Part shown: one piece after another, positions 11,213 to 25,270 of the stretch
Position numbering within the stretch: position 1 is the stretch's first letter
Layout of the letters: each line of letters opens with the position of its first letter
DNA from: Tubulanus polymorphus
Lineage: Eukaryota; Animalia; Nemertea
Direction of reading: 5' to 3'
Length of the DNA stretch: 64,000 bases
NCBI RefSeq assembly: GCF_964204645.1
Contig: NC_134035.1
Coordinates: 8,526,451 to 8,590,450 of the forward strand
Made by a program: the position numbers and the translations under genes
Notes under the pieces: generated by a model
What the model was told of the DNA's origin: nothing
What the model saw: only the letters and a program-made list of their open reading frames with translations
Databases searched by the model: none

Positions 11213-13019
11213 TGAGCTAAAATACGATTTAAAATCCGTTATGCTGAACTTTAATACTAACTGATAACTGATAGAGTTAATGTTTTATGAATATTTACGG
11301 AGCCCCGTAAATATACTTTTTTCCGTTCCAATGAAAGAATCATTTCGTTCGAACGAAAAACTTTTTGTTCCCACGAAATATTGCCATTCGAACGAAAAAG
11401 AATATATTCATTTCTCACCATGTCACTTCCGGAGTTCTGTAAATATAAGGTATCTACACTGATTCGAATATTTGTATGGAAATATCTATACCGACTAACA
11501 GTTCTTGGCTCACCACAGAACCGCAGTTTCACATGTCGAATAAATCTGATACCTGCGCTGGATTACGTGCTGAGTTTCATGCATTTGACAATAATCATCG
11601 GGCAGTAGACTGTCGCTTGGGTGAAACGTGACAGGACGTACAGAGATCTGGATGAAACGGGGAACCAGTATATTGAATAATGTCAAGTTCAATTTGTTTT
11701 GTTGCCGTGCAGGCCTCCCACATTTGAAGGTACGCGGAAATCTTAAGTTTCACGCATCAAACAGGAACGAGAATCTTTATCCTTTTTTCCGTCACGTGCA
11801 GCGGTTAATTCCAGTTCCAACGACACTTCAATAGGCGATGTTTTTCTTCGTTTACGATGGCGTTGAAATTTTTTCGTTTGATCGACGAGTGCTCGTTTTT
11901 CTCTTCGTTCGATTCAATCCAAAAAAATAACGTACTAGAATTTTTATCGGAAAAGGCGTTTTCGACATTTTTGTTTCTATAGATAAGTGCCAACAAAACA
12001 AACGATTCATATTGAAGTCGGTAGTCACCTAAGGGCCTATGGGTGATTTCGTATGGGTTAGGCTTAATTTAGTTATTCCTACGAATGCGGAGGAAAGGAA
12101 AGGTGTTGCCATTACGAGAGGAAAGCCCTCGTCTGAAGAATAAAACCAAAACGGCTGGCAGCGGCATTAAGTCGTAACATCTCGTAGTTTTTCTCCTCGC
12201 AGGTTTCTTCGATTGAATTGGACAGTCACTGAATCTATTGAAACCGACAGGAATGTCCTCGATGGCACTGCTACATCTTGATGTGTACGCCATTATAGTA
12301 CAGCTCCAGCCGGCATTTGTCTGTCAAAACTGCCACACTTAGCGACGGAGAAAACGGCAGATAAGGATACGCTCTGCGATCATTGCGCTTCTCGTTGAAG
12401 AACATGACGAGCTTGACAGATTGGACGTTGTAGGCTTTCGGTCATCATGGCTTAAAAAGAAAATCAGATCCATTTATAGGTCGGTACCATATATGGCGTC
12501 AGTGTTATTAGACTCGGAGTTTTTGGATGAGTACGCATGGTTACTTTTAGTCAGCCGAACCTGTAACTGCGCGTGATATTGCATCTAGATCTGCTGGCGC
12601 AGGGCGAATTCACGCTGATCGTATCGAGGACCGAATAACGACCTCTCATTTCTATTTTAAGGACACCAGAAGTAAAAAAAAAAAAATCCGATTTCGTGAA
12701 CGCTCCATTTCTTTGAAGGATATAACTGACGTCGAAAGCCTCTGGAATATGAGCACCCTGTTTCGTCTTCGCATTCTTCCCTGCGTCGAAAATAAAATCA
12801 TAGATCTGCCCCACCAACAGAACATTTTGCCCCGAATGTACCAGTCCACGATCGAACCTTATATAGTCGAAACATGGCCGAATGAATTTTTCACTCATGG
12901 AAACTTTTCGGCGTCTTTTTATCATTAGCGAGATTGTACAATACCACAATAAAACCATTCAAAATTTTCCTTACTGGGCATAAATTCGTAGTCTCAATAT
13001 GCGGTTGAGATGCGCAAGA

Positions 13020-13160
13020 GATGCTTCTGCCGTGGCACTGCAGTTAATAGCAGGGACAACACCTATTTTAATGTTTCAAGGACAAAAAATATCAAAATAT
13101 TGTTTATAACAAATTCCTACGACGTTTCGACGCTAAAACGTTCGTTCCGGTGTCAGGTAC
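13020..13160 (-). mobile_element. Possible Penelope pLTR fragment with decayed hammerhead
   Basis: Minus strand CCTGAC...GCGTCGAAACGTCGTAGG followed by an AT-rich tail ending in ...CACGGCAG. Confidence 0.4.
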
Positions 13161-14514
13161 GGAACCTTTGTCCGGCTGCTGGTCTGGCAGGCCACTTAAT
13201 AATCTACATTAGGCCAGTTTCCGTTAGAAATACGTGACTATTTTAGCGCATGCCTATTTAATAATATATCCATATTATATACATCAAAAGCGTTGTCGAC
13301 ATTTTATCGCCGTCGTCGTCGATACTGGCTGTCTCGTATCGTTTATTAACTGTTCCTTTAATGCTTATATATCATATACAAGTCGCTTGATAGAAGCTAT
13401 TTAGCGATCGTTATCTAATACGCATACATACTGCTAGTCGGCTGATTAATAATTAGGAGATTAATAGGTACAGTGTTTAAATCTGTATAAACGTGTTATA
13501 TCTTTTCGCGAGGGTTTGGTCTTTGCGATTATTTTTGTAAATTTTCGAAATGTTTTTATCTATCTGAATTAAGAAATGGGCCCCGTTTAGATATATATAA
13601 CAGACGCAGAAATTGATGATTCGGTTGGAAGATTGGATTTAGATAAATCTTAAATCTGTCAGAAAAATTAACTCTTAATAGCATCATTGTTTCACCACTT
13701 ACAACGTATCGTTAACTTGAAGTTGTGTAAACATCGCTGTTTTCGGTGGGATATATAAATACATCGGTTCTGTTTGGCTGCTTGTTGAGGCTGGTTGCAA
13801 TATGTTTGCGTTATTTCTACTAGATACGTTGTGGGATGTATACCCTTAGCATTTCAATAAAAACAACCAATTTTGCTTCATGATCTTTCATATTGCGATC
13901 GAAAAAAACTTGCCGAATATTTCTTTGTTTGATGCCTACGTTGGTCGGATTTTGGAACTGATCCTGAGACTGATCCTATATTGGATCGTTTATCAACCTC
14001 ACGACGAGATGGCCTTTGAAATGTGTCACGCTTTAAACAGCCAACAGGACTCGAAGCAGGACACTCAGCGTATTCAAAATCAAGAAAATAATAAGCTTAG
14101 AAAACCAGAAAACCAACTGGAAAGTATGCACCAAGTTCCAGTATACTCTGTCGGCAAATACGATATTCTGAATATTATATGGAATTCGAGGCGATTCTAA
14201 CCGAACAACAGCGCGTGGGGGTGTTTGCGACACGTTTCCGATGACACAGAAATCGAAACATCCGATTCGCAATATGACGTAAATCTGCACGGCCCAGCAC
14301 TCCGCATCTAAAATCTCCGCGAGATTATGCCAAATAAACAGCTCCTGCGTAATTTCTATCGACTCGCCGATCGAATTGACCTTTCAAATATCGGTCACAC
14401 GGTAGGTGATTGATTCGTCAAAGTGGTGTATTAATCGATATCATATGCGATAATTCAGTAACATATGTTTATGCAGTCAAACTCGTGGTTATTTTCGATT
14501 CAGTGTGAACGTGC

Positions 14515-14621
14515 CATCCTCCCCCGGCAGGAATTCAAACCTGATGGCATCGAGACTCGCCACGGCACGAAACCCTGCCACACCATCCCTGGCAGGGATT
14601 CGAACCTGACAGCATCGAGAC
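14515..14621. mobile_element. Family A relic: two tandem partial TIRs
   Basis: CATCCTCCCCCGGCAGGAATTCAAACCTGATGGCATCGAGAC...CGAAACCCTGCCACAC followed by a second GGCAGGGATTCGAACCTGACAGCATCGAGAC. Confidence 0.85.
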
Positions 14622-15419
14622 GGAACCTAGGCAAAATCGGCAGTGCATACCATTTTTACGATCGGGTGTTTTTTTTCGAAAATTTGAGAAGATGGTCAAT
14701 ACCGCGCAACAACTTAGTGACTAGTATAAAGAAGATTTGTGAATCTTTCCAAATCACAAGGCTTAGGTGTCTCAGGTATTTGATTTAAAAAAAAGGCAGA
14801 TAGCCTCATTCTAGCATCGCTGAATACATTAACTCGCGACTATATCGATATACATTGTAAACCAAATTAATAAAATATAGAGCATTTATGATGTAGAAAT
14901 GTAAGCTATATATTTTTTCTGATCTTGTGCTCGAAGAAAATTGTGAAATTTCCGTAGCAAATACATTTGATCCCAGATAAATCTGCAACTGGCTAAAGCG
15001 TGTGTTTCGTTAGAAAATTTGGGGATGTCTTCGTCAGTGGGGGCCAGATCGGCCATTACAAAAACGAAAACCACGTGACCACGTGCGGACAGACTTTGCA
15101 CAAAATGTAATATGCGAGTTGTTTGTGACGAATTTCACTTTATATCAGTTTGCCCGTTTTTTGCCAATTTCCGTCGAGACCCTTTTAGCTTATACTTGGT
15201 AGATAACCCACAATTACATAAATTTGTAGATTTGTTTACCAGATCATCAGATGTAAAACTCCGAAAGCTTGGCATTATTCATACGAAGAGGTCTTAAATA
15301 TTTTAAATAACATTGCTGTATCATTTTTCTTGTCACACACAAACAGTGGCGCGTAATCTTGGATAGATATTAGCCTTGGCTATCATCTATCCAAAATAAA
15401 ACAGAATTTTTCTTTCTGA

Positions 15420-15525
15420 TATCGTATTGTATTGACATTCGTGCTGTATTGTTTTTTTTTGCTCTAAGCAAATGGTGAGCAATGAAAATATATTCTATAT
15501 AATATTCTATATTCTATGTATTCTA
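15420..15525 (+). mobile_element. LINE 3' UTR/tail fragment (same family as 8590-8675)
   Basis: GTATTGTATTGA...TGCTGTATTG...TGCTCTAAGCAAATG...GTGAGCAATGAAA...(TATTC)n. Confidence 0.7.
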
Positions 15526-18500
15526 CATAAAAAAGAACGAATATATCATATTCGAATCTCTGCCGAGAGAGAGGATGCAAAAATTGTGACGAAGACCATC
15601 CACTCTTGTATACGCCGACGAAACAACAGGCTTAACCAAACACAACCGACGTAATATGATAACGGATAATAGAGACAAAAATAGATAACGAATGCGCAGT
15701 ACGCAAATGAACGTACTCAATTATTCTAAGGGCACTCTCTGGCACCATTGGTGAATATGATGCGTGTTGGGAATTAATGCTTAATTGATTGTTAATTGAA
15801 TGTTCTCGCTCTGCTAATTGTATTTCAAGTACGTATTAAACAAACTAATTAAGCTACAGTTATTAACCGTAATCTAAGCGGACAGTCACACGAAACAGGA
15901 CTTGAGGCTTCGGTAGCTGGCCTGTTTAAATATAACCATTATTCTGCTCTATCTAAATAGAACATTCATTCATGAAATTGTAGACCATAGACACTGGATT
16001 CAACACATCATCATTTTTGCAGTATCGACATAAACTATTGAATCTGGATTTAACAAATTATCATTTTTTGCGATATCAACAATTCGAGTGTTACCCTTGA
16101 GGTAGATTAACGTTTTTGTGTTACCCTGAAGGGGCGCAATTTGAACTTTATCGCACTATACAAATTTCATCAATATTATCATTACGATAACTCTTATGCG
16201 AATCTGAAAATCTGAAATCTACCCGGGATTATAGCATGCTACAGTGCAATTTCGTCAACGGCCTGGCCAGCATACACGTCGCTGCACAGCCTGTGACGAA
16301 GTAGAAATGCATAGACAATCACCACCAGCCCCCAGCGGATGATCGTAGTAACTAAGCAGCGACAAACAAGGTATCCGAGATATCTGTGATAAACGACAAA
16401 GCATCGAAAAGACCGCAAGCATCAAAGGAATCGATGAGGAGATATGCTTTTTATGTAAGCACGCGATTGTCTACGACGATGTCAAGGCCGACGCTACGAC
16501 GAACCCCCCCCCCCCCCACCCATGACGTGTTAGCGGGAGTAACTCGTTCTATATCGACCAAAACATCTGAACAAACGAAGTCGAAAGGCCTTTCATAATG
16601 TCACTCGAGACGAAGATCGAAGACGATCTATAGCTAATTATGTGCTACGGGCAGAATAAAACGTTTAAATCCATAAACAAATTTATGACAGGCCCATTTG
16701 CAAATCATCAAATTTGAACAACGCATTCCTTTATGGTATTCGATCTCGCTTTTAAAGAGGCGCCGAGACGTTTATAAAGCGAATAAGTACGTACGTGTCG
16801 CGCAGAGTTCGAAAAGTTCAGATGGGAATTGAAAAATTCGCGTTGACACGTAAGTTCCTTAGTTAATCATGTCTACGTTCGTTAGAGCTAAAAGAGCCCT
16901 TCAAATGAACGACTTGCAGAAAGGAATATTTTGTCATCAAAAATAAAATCAGTTTAAAGTTGTTTTATCATATGACTTATTAGGGGCATTTTGCGAGACG
17001 ATGGGTCTCTCGACTCGGATCGAAATTCCCTTTAATTCTGTCTCGTGATTTTGAAGCCGACCCGTGGAACCACATGAATCTTTTACTTTCAAAACTCGAA
17101 TACAACAATATCGTATAAGAAAACTAGGACTAATCTGGCCCAACCCACTAAAACTTGATATATAGCCTTCTCTAGAATGAGCTTTTATTGCGCGATTCGC
17201 GACTTCAGAATTCCATTTCACCGATTGTCTGAAAATTTCATCGGGGTTTTATTCAATATCCTCCGACAATTGTATAGTTGATTTATAAGGTACATTGTGC
17301 GCGCGTTCGCAGTTTAACAATTCGAGAAGGCGCGCAGTTAGGCGTTTTCGTCATACGATAGGGAAATCGAGTTTCGGCCATAAACAACGATTTGATTATC
17401 ACATCGAGCCGTAACGTTGTTATAACTACACAGCACCGGAACTGCGACAAACCGCCATTACAACGGCTCTTTCTAAACGTCGTAATGTTCGTTATGTTCA
17501 TTGTCGCCACACTCCGCAAAAGGCTTCGTGTACACGTCATTAACTTTTAAAATCGCAATAAATAACTAGCAAAATTCACGGACATTAGGCGTGCTATGAG
17601 GTTCATATTTTACCGCGTGCGAACGTTACCGTCCACATCATTGCCCACAATGTGAGATCCTTTTACGGAGAGATTTTTGCGGCCGTCGCTTAGTGTTCAA
17701 ACAGTACACATCCCTCATTATTCATACCACAGCGGCATAAAGTATCCAATAGTTTTTATGTAAATGCGATGGCGACAATAGTTGATACACGAAACTCGGT
17801 AAACGACATCTCCATTAATATATTAACAAAATAGAGCATTGCATTGTAAATGAATGAATGGATAACTAAATATCTACGTACATCGTAAAAGCGACGGAAG
17901 CGGTCGGTAACATGTCTTTCCTTTTCTGTTATGTGCCCATCCTTTTCTGTTATGTGGCACCTGTCATTTTCATTTAAAAAGTAAAATTAGGATTTTTTGT
18001 TTAGACATTTTCAAATTGTTAACGTCGGGGGGTTTTTCAGTGCGAGTGTGACGACAGTTAACACGTGCAGTATACGTATATCATGGTTCCCGACATTTTA
18101 GCGTGGAGTCATTATTTTGCTCGGAGCCCCATTTGAGTCGGTTATGTTCGCTAAAAACTATATCAAACATTATTTGAAAGATGCGTTTTGTCAGTCGGTA
18201 TTCTCCAGACCGATATAGCAATCAGTTGAAGCAACGTTATGGTATCAGCGTCTCCTAAATGATAACGTGGAGTTGTGTTTTATTTCCCGAATGTATCCAG
18301 TAAGGATGGCTCCTAAAATTTCCAAATCGGGGCTTACGGGCTAGTTTTTTTCTGATGGCTGGCTCTGGTGGATATAAGTTCAGCGTTGTGGCTATCCACC
18401 TTCGATATACTTGTTGATGCTTCTTCCAATCGACCACGTCATTCGATAGCTTTGTTTCAAAAATCACCAGCCAATTATTGTTATCGCACCATGTTTGTTA

Positions 18501-18697
18501 GCTGTTCACTTTCTGTGAGGTACGTTTAGGGAAGCTGGTCTAACTTATCCCATTCTCTCTTGCAAGGGTTCGGTTGCTTTCCGCCGGGGCTCACGCCAAC
18601 ACAAAACCCTGGCAAAGACGCTTATTTTGTCTATTGCACCACCGAAGATTTCTCGGACGCACAGGTTGCCGGTCAGCGGCAACCAGTCTATATATCA

Positions 18698-19036
18698 AAT
18701 CCTCTCCCGGCAGGGATTCGAACCTGATGGCATCGAGATTGCCACCGCACGAAACCCTGTCATACTAGACCGAGTGCGCAGACGCACGCGCAGCTTTAGA
18801 TAATGTCATTATTAGCCAATCATAAATCCTGTTTTATTTTAGCCCGGGTTTTCCCATTCATAGTTCTTCCGTGAAATTTACCTCAGATTTATACAACGAA
18901 CAATCTGACTGGCGCCGCAAGTTTTCGTGCGGCAAAGCCGCGCATGTACCTGCGCACCCGGTCTTGTGTGGCAGGGTCTGCACCGTGGCTGAGTGTAGCA
19001 ATGCCATCAAATTCGAACCCTTGCCTGGGGAGGATG
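18698..19036 (-). mobile_element. Full-length family A MITE (opposite orientation to 5946)
   Basis: Both TIRs and the internal CCCGGG/CCAATC region align with the reverse complement of 5946-6271. Degenerate TSD ATATATCA / ACACATCA. Confidence 0.9.
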
Positions 19037-21160
19037 ACACATCAGTGCGGCCAGTGTTGGCGAGAGCTTCGGCGGCAAGAAATCAAACCCTGGAAACTGA
19101 TCTTAAAGCCTTGTCGAAACAAGTTCTCAAAAACAACGTGTACGCGCACGCCTGTCAAAGATGTGCAACACGCATGCAGCGAGCGCTGACCGTTTTGCAA
19201 CCCGTCTTGTTGCTAGCCGCGCGCGGTGTTTAGTGACGTTGCGTACGTACCGCTGCGGCAGCGTGCCAACAACCGACGTCGATGCTTCGCAGAACCAACC
19301 GCGGATTACGATTACGTCGGATCTAAAGCTTTCACGCGATAAAGTTCGTCGCCGTCGTGCGCTCGCGAGAAATACGCTTTTCTGACATAGAAAAGGGAAA
19401 AACATTTCGATCATTTGTTTTTCATAACGGATTATTGCCTTTGAACGCGGGATATTCTATTTGCGGAATTCAAATCGTCGTAAAACACTTAGCTAACTTT
19501 CTTAATTTATATCCTTAGTATCTCAGGATTCCCTTGCGTGGATAGATAGATATTAGTCGGAAGGTTTCGGATTAACACTGGTATCTAAACGAGCTTTTGT
19601 TATTCTTTACCTAGCCCGTATTCGGTAAGTGACGGTTTTTTCTGAATTCGACTCGGGTTAGAAACAGTTCGCATCGATATAATACTAAATATAACTGATT
19701 CATGCAAGTCGCAACACGTGGAACCGTCGGGAAAATTAAGTAGCATTAAAGCATTCACAAGATGTCTCTTTTATTAAAGAAATCAATTTTTCGAAATGCA
19801 TTCCATTATCTGTTGCATCCATTATCTGTCGCTGTACAGTGTCGCGTGGTACTATTATATCCGTCGACAAAAATAGATAATGGACGTGCGCTAAAGAGTT
19901 TTTTTTTTCATTTTTCCATCAAAATATTGTATAGTGTATAATTCTAAGGTAGATTTAGTTGTATAATCACCGAATATAATTATGGAAACGGTTTTCATTT
20001 CAACCGCAAATAGGATAGAAATCAATTGCTTTGATAACTAACGTAAAAATTACGTTTGAAGTAGGGTTTTATTGTTTAACCTCGAAAATTCCGACTTACG
20101 GAAAAATGAAAATGAAAGTTAAATGAAGATTTCGAGTTGAAATATGAAAATTTGAAAAAAATGAAAAAAATTAATATGGTCGCAATTTCCTTCCGTACAT
20201 ATTATGTATAGGTCGGACAGGAACATCATTTACATAAACATATTTAGACATGAATTGAATTCGCTTTAATCTTTTGCTTTTTGGCACTACTGGTACAGCG
20301 AACGCGTGATGTTTTCTTAGGGCCGAAATGGGCTTGCTTTTCTCTTTTACAAAAAAAGCCAGAATTGTTAACGTATACGATTTTTTTCCGCTAAAAGCTT
20401 GCCCATTACGGATATCAGATTTCCGATAAAATAACTGACAACTGATGTACAGTGCTTGTAACGTAGTTCATCCATCGACTATTATCTATTCCACGTGCGT
20501 TAAATACGCTATTTTTAATCCATTTCAGATCGAAGGCCATTTCGAATTCCGATTCGACCGCGGATTAAGGTCGCGCATCGTTTCTCGAAAGGAAAATCTC
20601 ACGTGAGTACCTTATTTTGTTACTTCCACGCGCGTACGTATATTGTTCGTGTTCGTATAGATATCTACGCCGTCTTGCCGCGCGCTGCAAAAACATTCGG
20701 GTGAAATCATATCTCGCCGAACCGATGGCCAGAACGTGCGCGCGTGTTTAGCGGAGCATCGGTTCTCGTTTCGATTCTGTTCAGGTGTGGTGGATCAGGA
20801 TAGATACAGGTGAATTCGATCCTTTCCCGCTGCGCGTGAAGCGGGTTCGTAGCGCGCTCATGAGCCTTGTGCGCTACACCGCGGCCATAGTGGGCGACGG
20901 GTCTTCAATTTCGACAAGCAACTACTTATAGCTAAATGCGTAGAATGTTTTTCAAATAAAACCCGCATATTCATTACTATAAAACTATATGAATCGTGGA
21001 GAAATCGAAGACCGTGGGTCGTTTTCTTAACTTCTGATTCTGTTCTGCTATATTATAATCGAAATTTTTCTTCTCATAAAAATGTGACACCATATATTAG
21101 ACGAATCGATATGGAATCGATGTATATTTCATGAAGTTGCGGAACATAACTCAGCGCTAA

Positions 21161-21365
21161 TAAGATAAAAAACCCACTATGTACAAATTAAAAGAATTTA
21201 AAAATCGAGAATTTCTTTACTCAAACAATCTAAAATATAAAATACACGATGTTTCGATCTCACCCTAGAGATCATCGTCAGGTGTGAGATATCCCATTAT
21301 CTAATTTGTACATAGTGGGTTTTTATCTTAATATCCGTTCACCACGTTTGAGTGTGGTTATTGTA
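21161..21365. mobile_element. Inverted pair of Penelope pLTR-type fragments (family P3)
   Basis: 21161-21190 and 21302-21330 are inverted copies. The tail TATCCGTTCACCACGTTTGAGTGTGGT is shared with 49610-49636. Confidence 0.8.
21244..21285 (-). ncRNA. Minimal type I hammerhead ribozyme motif
   Basis: ACAC-CUGACGA-U-GAUCUC-uagggu-GAGAUC-GAAAC-AUC-GUGU: intact core, 6-bp stem II, 4-bp stem I. GUC is mutated to AUC relative to the 49.5-kb copy. Confidence 0.75.
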
Positions 21366-21380
21366 CTTGCCAATATCATC

Positions 21381-21463
21381 CTTCACCCAGTCCTGGCAGT
21401 CCTTGCTCTACGATCCTATACTGTACCCACTGAGGTACATCACACACTATGGTTCTTGGTGAA
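21381..21463 (+). mobile_element. MITE family B copy
   Basis: CTTCACCCAGTCCTGG...GGTTCTTGGTGAA; flanks TATCATC / TATCGTC. Confidence 0.7.
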
Positions 21464-22474
21464 TATCGTCCATGAAAATTGATCGAAGTCAACGATTCAG
21501 ATGTTTACCTGTTGGCTGCTCTGCTCATTAGAGAAACCGTCGTCGGGTCATGCTGTTGTGTTTTATACCGAGGTCCTGCAATCATGTGCTTTTTCGACCT
21601 GATTAGCCTAATAAGCGATTTACATGGCAGACACCGCATATCTGTGACTCTGCAATTGTCTCATTTTATCATATATGTATATGGAAAGCCTCCTGCACTA
21701 CTTGGCAAACGAACTGTGACGTCACTCGGCTAGAGCATGCACGGATATCAAACGGCAAACGACTGCCAATGTCTTTTATACTGATAGATAGGATAGAATC
21801 GATTGATAAACTATTTGATTCTATCTCATTTAAAACGAATTGTAAATTATAAACCTATATTGTATCAAAACTTTAGATCGGCATTGTATCTATTTTTTAC
21901 TGAATCTATCTTTTCAATTCCGACCTTACACTTCACTCGGCACTGGTCATTTGAAATAGTTCTACTGACGTCTGACCATTGCCTAGTGGAGAACGTATAT
22001 ATCTAACTGACCCTCGCTCTCTTGCTCTCTCGCTGAGCTCACTTTCTATCCATCTCAGCATTCATGAATTAATCAGACCCAACACTTTAACTTCATTGTT
22101 TCTGTTTAGGCGAACTCTGAGCTAGAACCTCGTATCAATACTGAAAAGGCATTTTTTATTCATTCAATTCTACTCGGCTTTACTCAATACTTATTCTACG
22201 ATGGTATAAACGATAAATTCAGATTGTGAAATTTAAATATAACGCGATTTGAACTTTTCAATATTCGGTATCTAATAACAGTTTTCAGCTGTTTGCGCAT
22301 ATACGATGTTTAATCCTCGATAGTAACATCATCTCCCATTGTACAGTTTGTTCGAACACATATGTCGCATCGTTAGTTTCGATATTATCGACTCCGTCCG
22401 ATATACAATTGTCGTTGCTTCTCTCGATCAACCACGCGCATGGGCAGCATTCGTTTCAATAACCACCAGAACAG

Positions 22475-22645
22475 GGACAGGCGCAAAAAACCGTCAGCGC
22501 TAACCATGGTTAATCATGTATATGTGGTTAGGCGAATTGGCGGAGGAAAACGATTTCGCGCGGCCTCTCACTTTAAGCTGGTTAGCCTAACTACGTATAA
22601 GCCACTAACCACGGTTAGGCTAACAGGGTTTTACCGCACCCGCCC
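22475..22645. mobile_element. PIF/Harbinger-like MITE (CAG TSD)
   Basis: CAG|GGACAGGCGCAAAAAACC...CTAACCATGGTTA ... TAACCACGGTTAG...GGTTTTACCGCACCCGCCC|CAG. Confidence 0.6.
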
Positions 22646-24509
22646 CAGCCTATCAATATCACTGCGCCATTTTTTCCTTAGCGGTTCACTTTCTGTGAAG
22701 CGTTATTTGGCAAGCGACTTCAATATTCGCGTTAAAACCGTTTTCGTTGTCGCTATCCGTCTGGATCAGGTGATCGGTGTGATCAGAAATCACGAAAAAA
22801 AAATTTAAAAAAGATGCGCCCTGCTTCTAACTATAACAACCGTATGGGTAATTCACATTCCGCACATGCCCCTGAATAACACAGAGTTCGTAACACATCA
22901 ATGTATAAAAACATTATCTTAGCGATTTGTACTTTGAAGAACGTTCGGGCGGCTATTGGCAGAAAACCCGTTATCGGCTCGGGAATGGTCATGAAATCGA
23001 CCCGTAGCCGTTTGATATCCACGTTCAGGCGAGGAGTACGCGCGAAATCACTTCACGCTACGCATTCATAATTCATTCATCGACAATCTTTCCGTGAAAG
23101 GGCAAATAGCAATAACTATCAAATATTCGCCTTCTGAGATACCGGCTTGACCGCCAGTTTAACATCGATCGTTGGCCGCGTTTAGTTTACGCCGCAGTGC
23201 AAATAAAATGACGTTTAATGAATATAAGACATTGACGAGACTGGCGCACGCAAGGTGCGTCACTCGTATCGTCCTTTAGCGTCGAGCTGATATACTATCG
23301 ACATGAATCTAATTAAAAATGGAAGAAATGCATGTAATAATGTATCACGTCATGAGGATTTGAGTAAAGAGATTATCGAAACAAAATGCGCTAAGACTTA
23401 GATGTGAGTCCAAGACCTCAGTCCTATAGCTAGTCTATTACAGCTTAAGATATTTCGGGTTCAAACCAAGTGCATACTTCAAAATGCTGCCGATTAGTTT
23501 TTTCAATTAAATAAAATACTCATTTCATACAGTAGTAAAACCCTTATCAGGAATTCAAAATTCAAAATGGCAGAAAACTATTTGCAAGTAGTCGTAGGGG
23601 AATATATTTATATAGAAACACATCCTTTTTAAGGCCGCTTAGGCAAGAACCAAAAAATGAAAGCATAGGATAACGAAAGATGCTTTTCCCTTGTAATTTT
23701 GAGGAAAAATAGTTATTCGCCGATTCAAAAATAATCTTTTCATCTTCCACATACGAGGTTAGGCTACAACATCTCATCATAAATCGAGGCCCATTACCAG
23801 GGGAAACAGATCGTTCTCCTTCACTTCAAGTAAACAGGATACTTTATCGAGGAATCATTGGCGAGGTTACGGTGTTACTTTCACAGTGTCTGACATTTAT
23901 TATCTCGCGCAATCTTTCACTACAACAACGACCGAACGAGACGCTTTACCACAATTAACCAGCGGCCATAAAAATGTTAATTCATACTTTGGTTTAAATA
24001 GCGTAATCGAACATTTGCGGGAACATTTGAAGGAACTGAAGAGATAAAGTAGATATTCTTAATGACAAATATCGCCTTTAACACAATAAAACGAAGAAAA
24101 ATGCGTGTATTAAGTCATAGTTCATTAATATTGAGCAAAAAAAACAATATACCCCTAATCGATCCTAAATCCTCGTCAGATGATAGAACAATCAATTATT
24201 TTCTAATCAAATACAACGTTTTTGATATCGCAGAATGACTGAATCGCCACGAGGAATTGTCAGTGGGCGGAGTTCAACAAGTGATAAGATACGTGTTCGT
24301 TCACGTGATAGATAAACTACGCTGGCTTTCGGATAAAACATTTTATTTCCTTTTGTAAATCAAATTCCTAAAAATGTTCTATGAATGTATAACCAATCGA
24401 TCGGTCACTAGAAGTAAGCTAGAACATTTTGTCTGGAACTGCAGCAGAAGGTAGTTGACTATTCCACTCAATGTTTGGGTACCTTTTGTTTGAATCAGCG
24501 AAGCGTTAT

Positions 24510-24585
24510 TAATAATAATAATAATAATGATTTATTTACTTATAAAGCGCATTTCTATAAAACATAATCATTGCACTTCACATTA
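24510..24585 (-). mobile_element. L2-type 3' tail with (TTA)n
   Basis: Minus strand TGTGAAGTGCAATG...GAAATGCGCTTTATAAGTAAATAAATC(ATT)n. Confidence 0.55.
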
Positions 24586-25177
24586 TCAAAACAGATAAGA
24601 CAGAAGCAGATTAAAACACTAAGTTATTACGAAGTTTCACGATTCTTCTCCGGAGATCTTGTTCCTATACATACAGAAAGAACCACCAGCAAACTATATG
24701 CGATGGAAAACTGCCCTGAACATATTTTGCGAATATCATCGACTTGTTTTCGAACGTTTGGATGCTGAAGTCTTGTTAGAAAGTAGAGGACTAGCATGGA
24801 ATTTGATTCACCTAGTCGTCTATGTTCAGAGAGGTAGCATTATTGCGCTTTCTATGTTGAGAGAAACTAGCAAAACGGGAACGTCTTTTAATAATATGAG
24901 TACCGAAGTAGATATTACTGTACGTCACCGCGGAAGCCATCAAGTACCTGATAAAAATGCCGATAATACCTTCTGATCCGATTCCATAATTTCCTGTTTG
25001 AGGCCTCGCTTTGTCGCTGGGATCCGGATTTTGTTCAGCTTCGGGAAATCTCGTTAATTACGTTTAGATTAAACTAATTCATAAACTATTCATAAGCGGA
25101 AAACGCCGTGATGACGTCCAATTTTCAAAAACCAATCAGTGGTGATGAATGAAACCAGGCGGGCATCTCAAACGCTC

Positions 25178-25270
25178 CTGTGGCAGGCGAGGATCCGTCA
25201 GGTTCGCTAGTAGTTAATTACACTCGGTCTTCCGCATTTAATTTCTCATACACTTCAATTGAAAATGAAC
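25178..25270 (+). repeat. Repeat family E (partial)
   Basis: GGCAGGCGAGGATCCGTCAGGTTCGCTAGTAG...TCGGTCTTCCGCATTTAATTTC matches the 33070-33331 copy. Confidence 0.75.

Noticed and set aside
18255-18520. Possible LINE RT C-terminal relic (QTWCDNN...WKKH)
   Set aside because: Motifs are too short and frameshifted to call.
18858-19414. Several overlapping ORFs
   Set aside because: They overlap a family A MITE and GC-rich non-coding DNA, and have no domain motifs.
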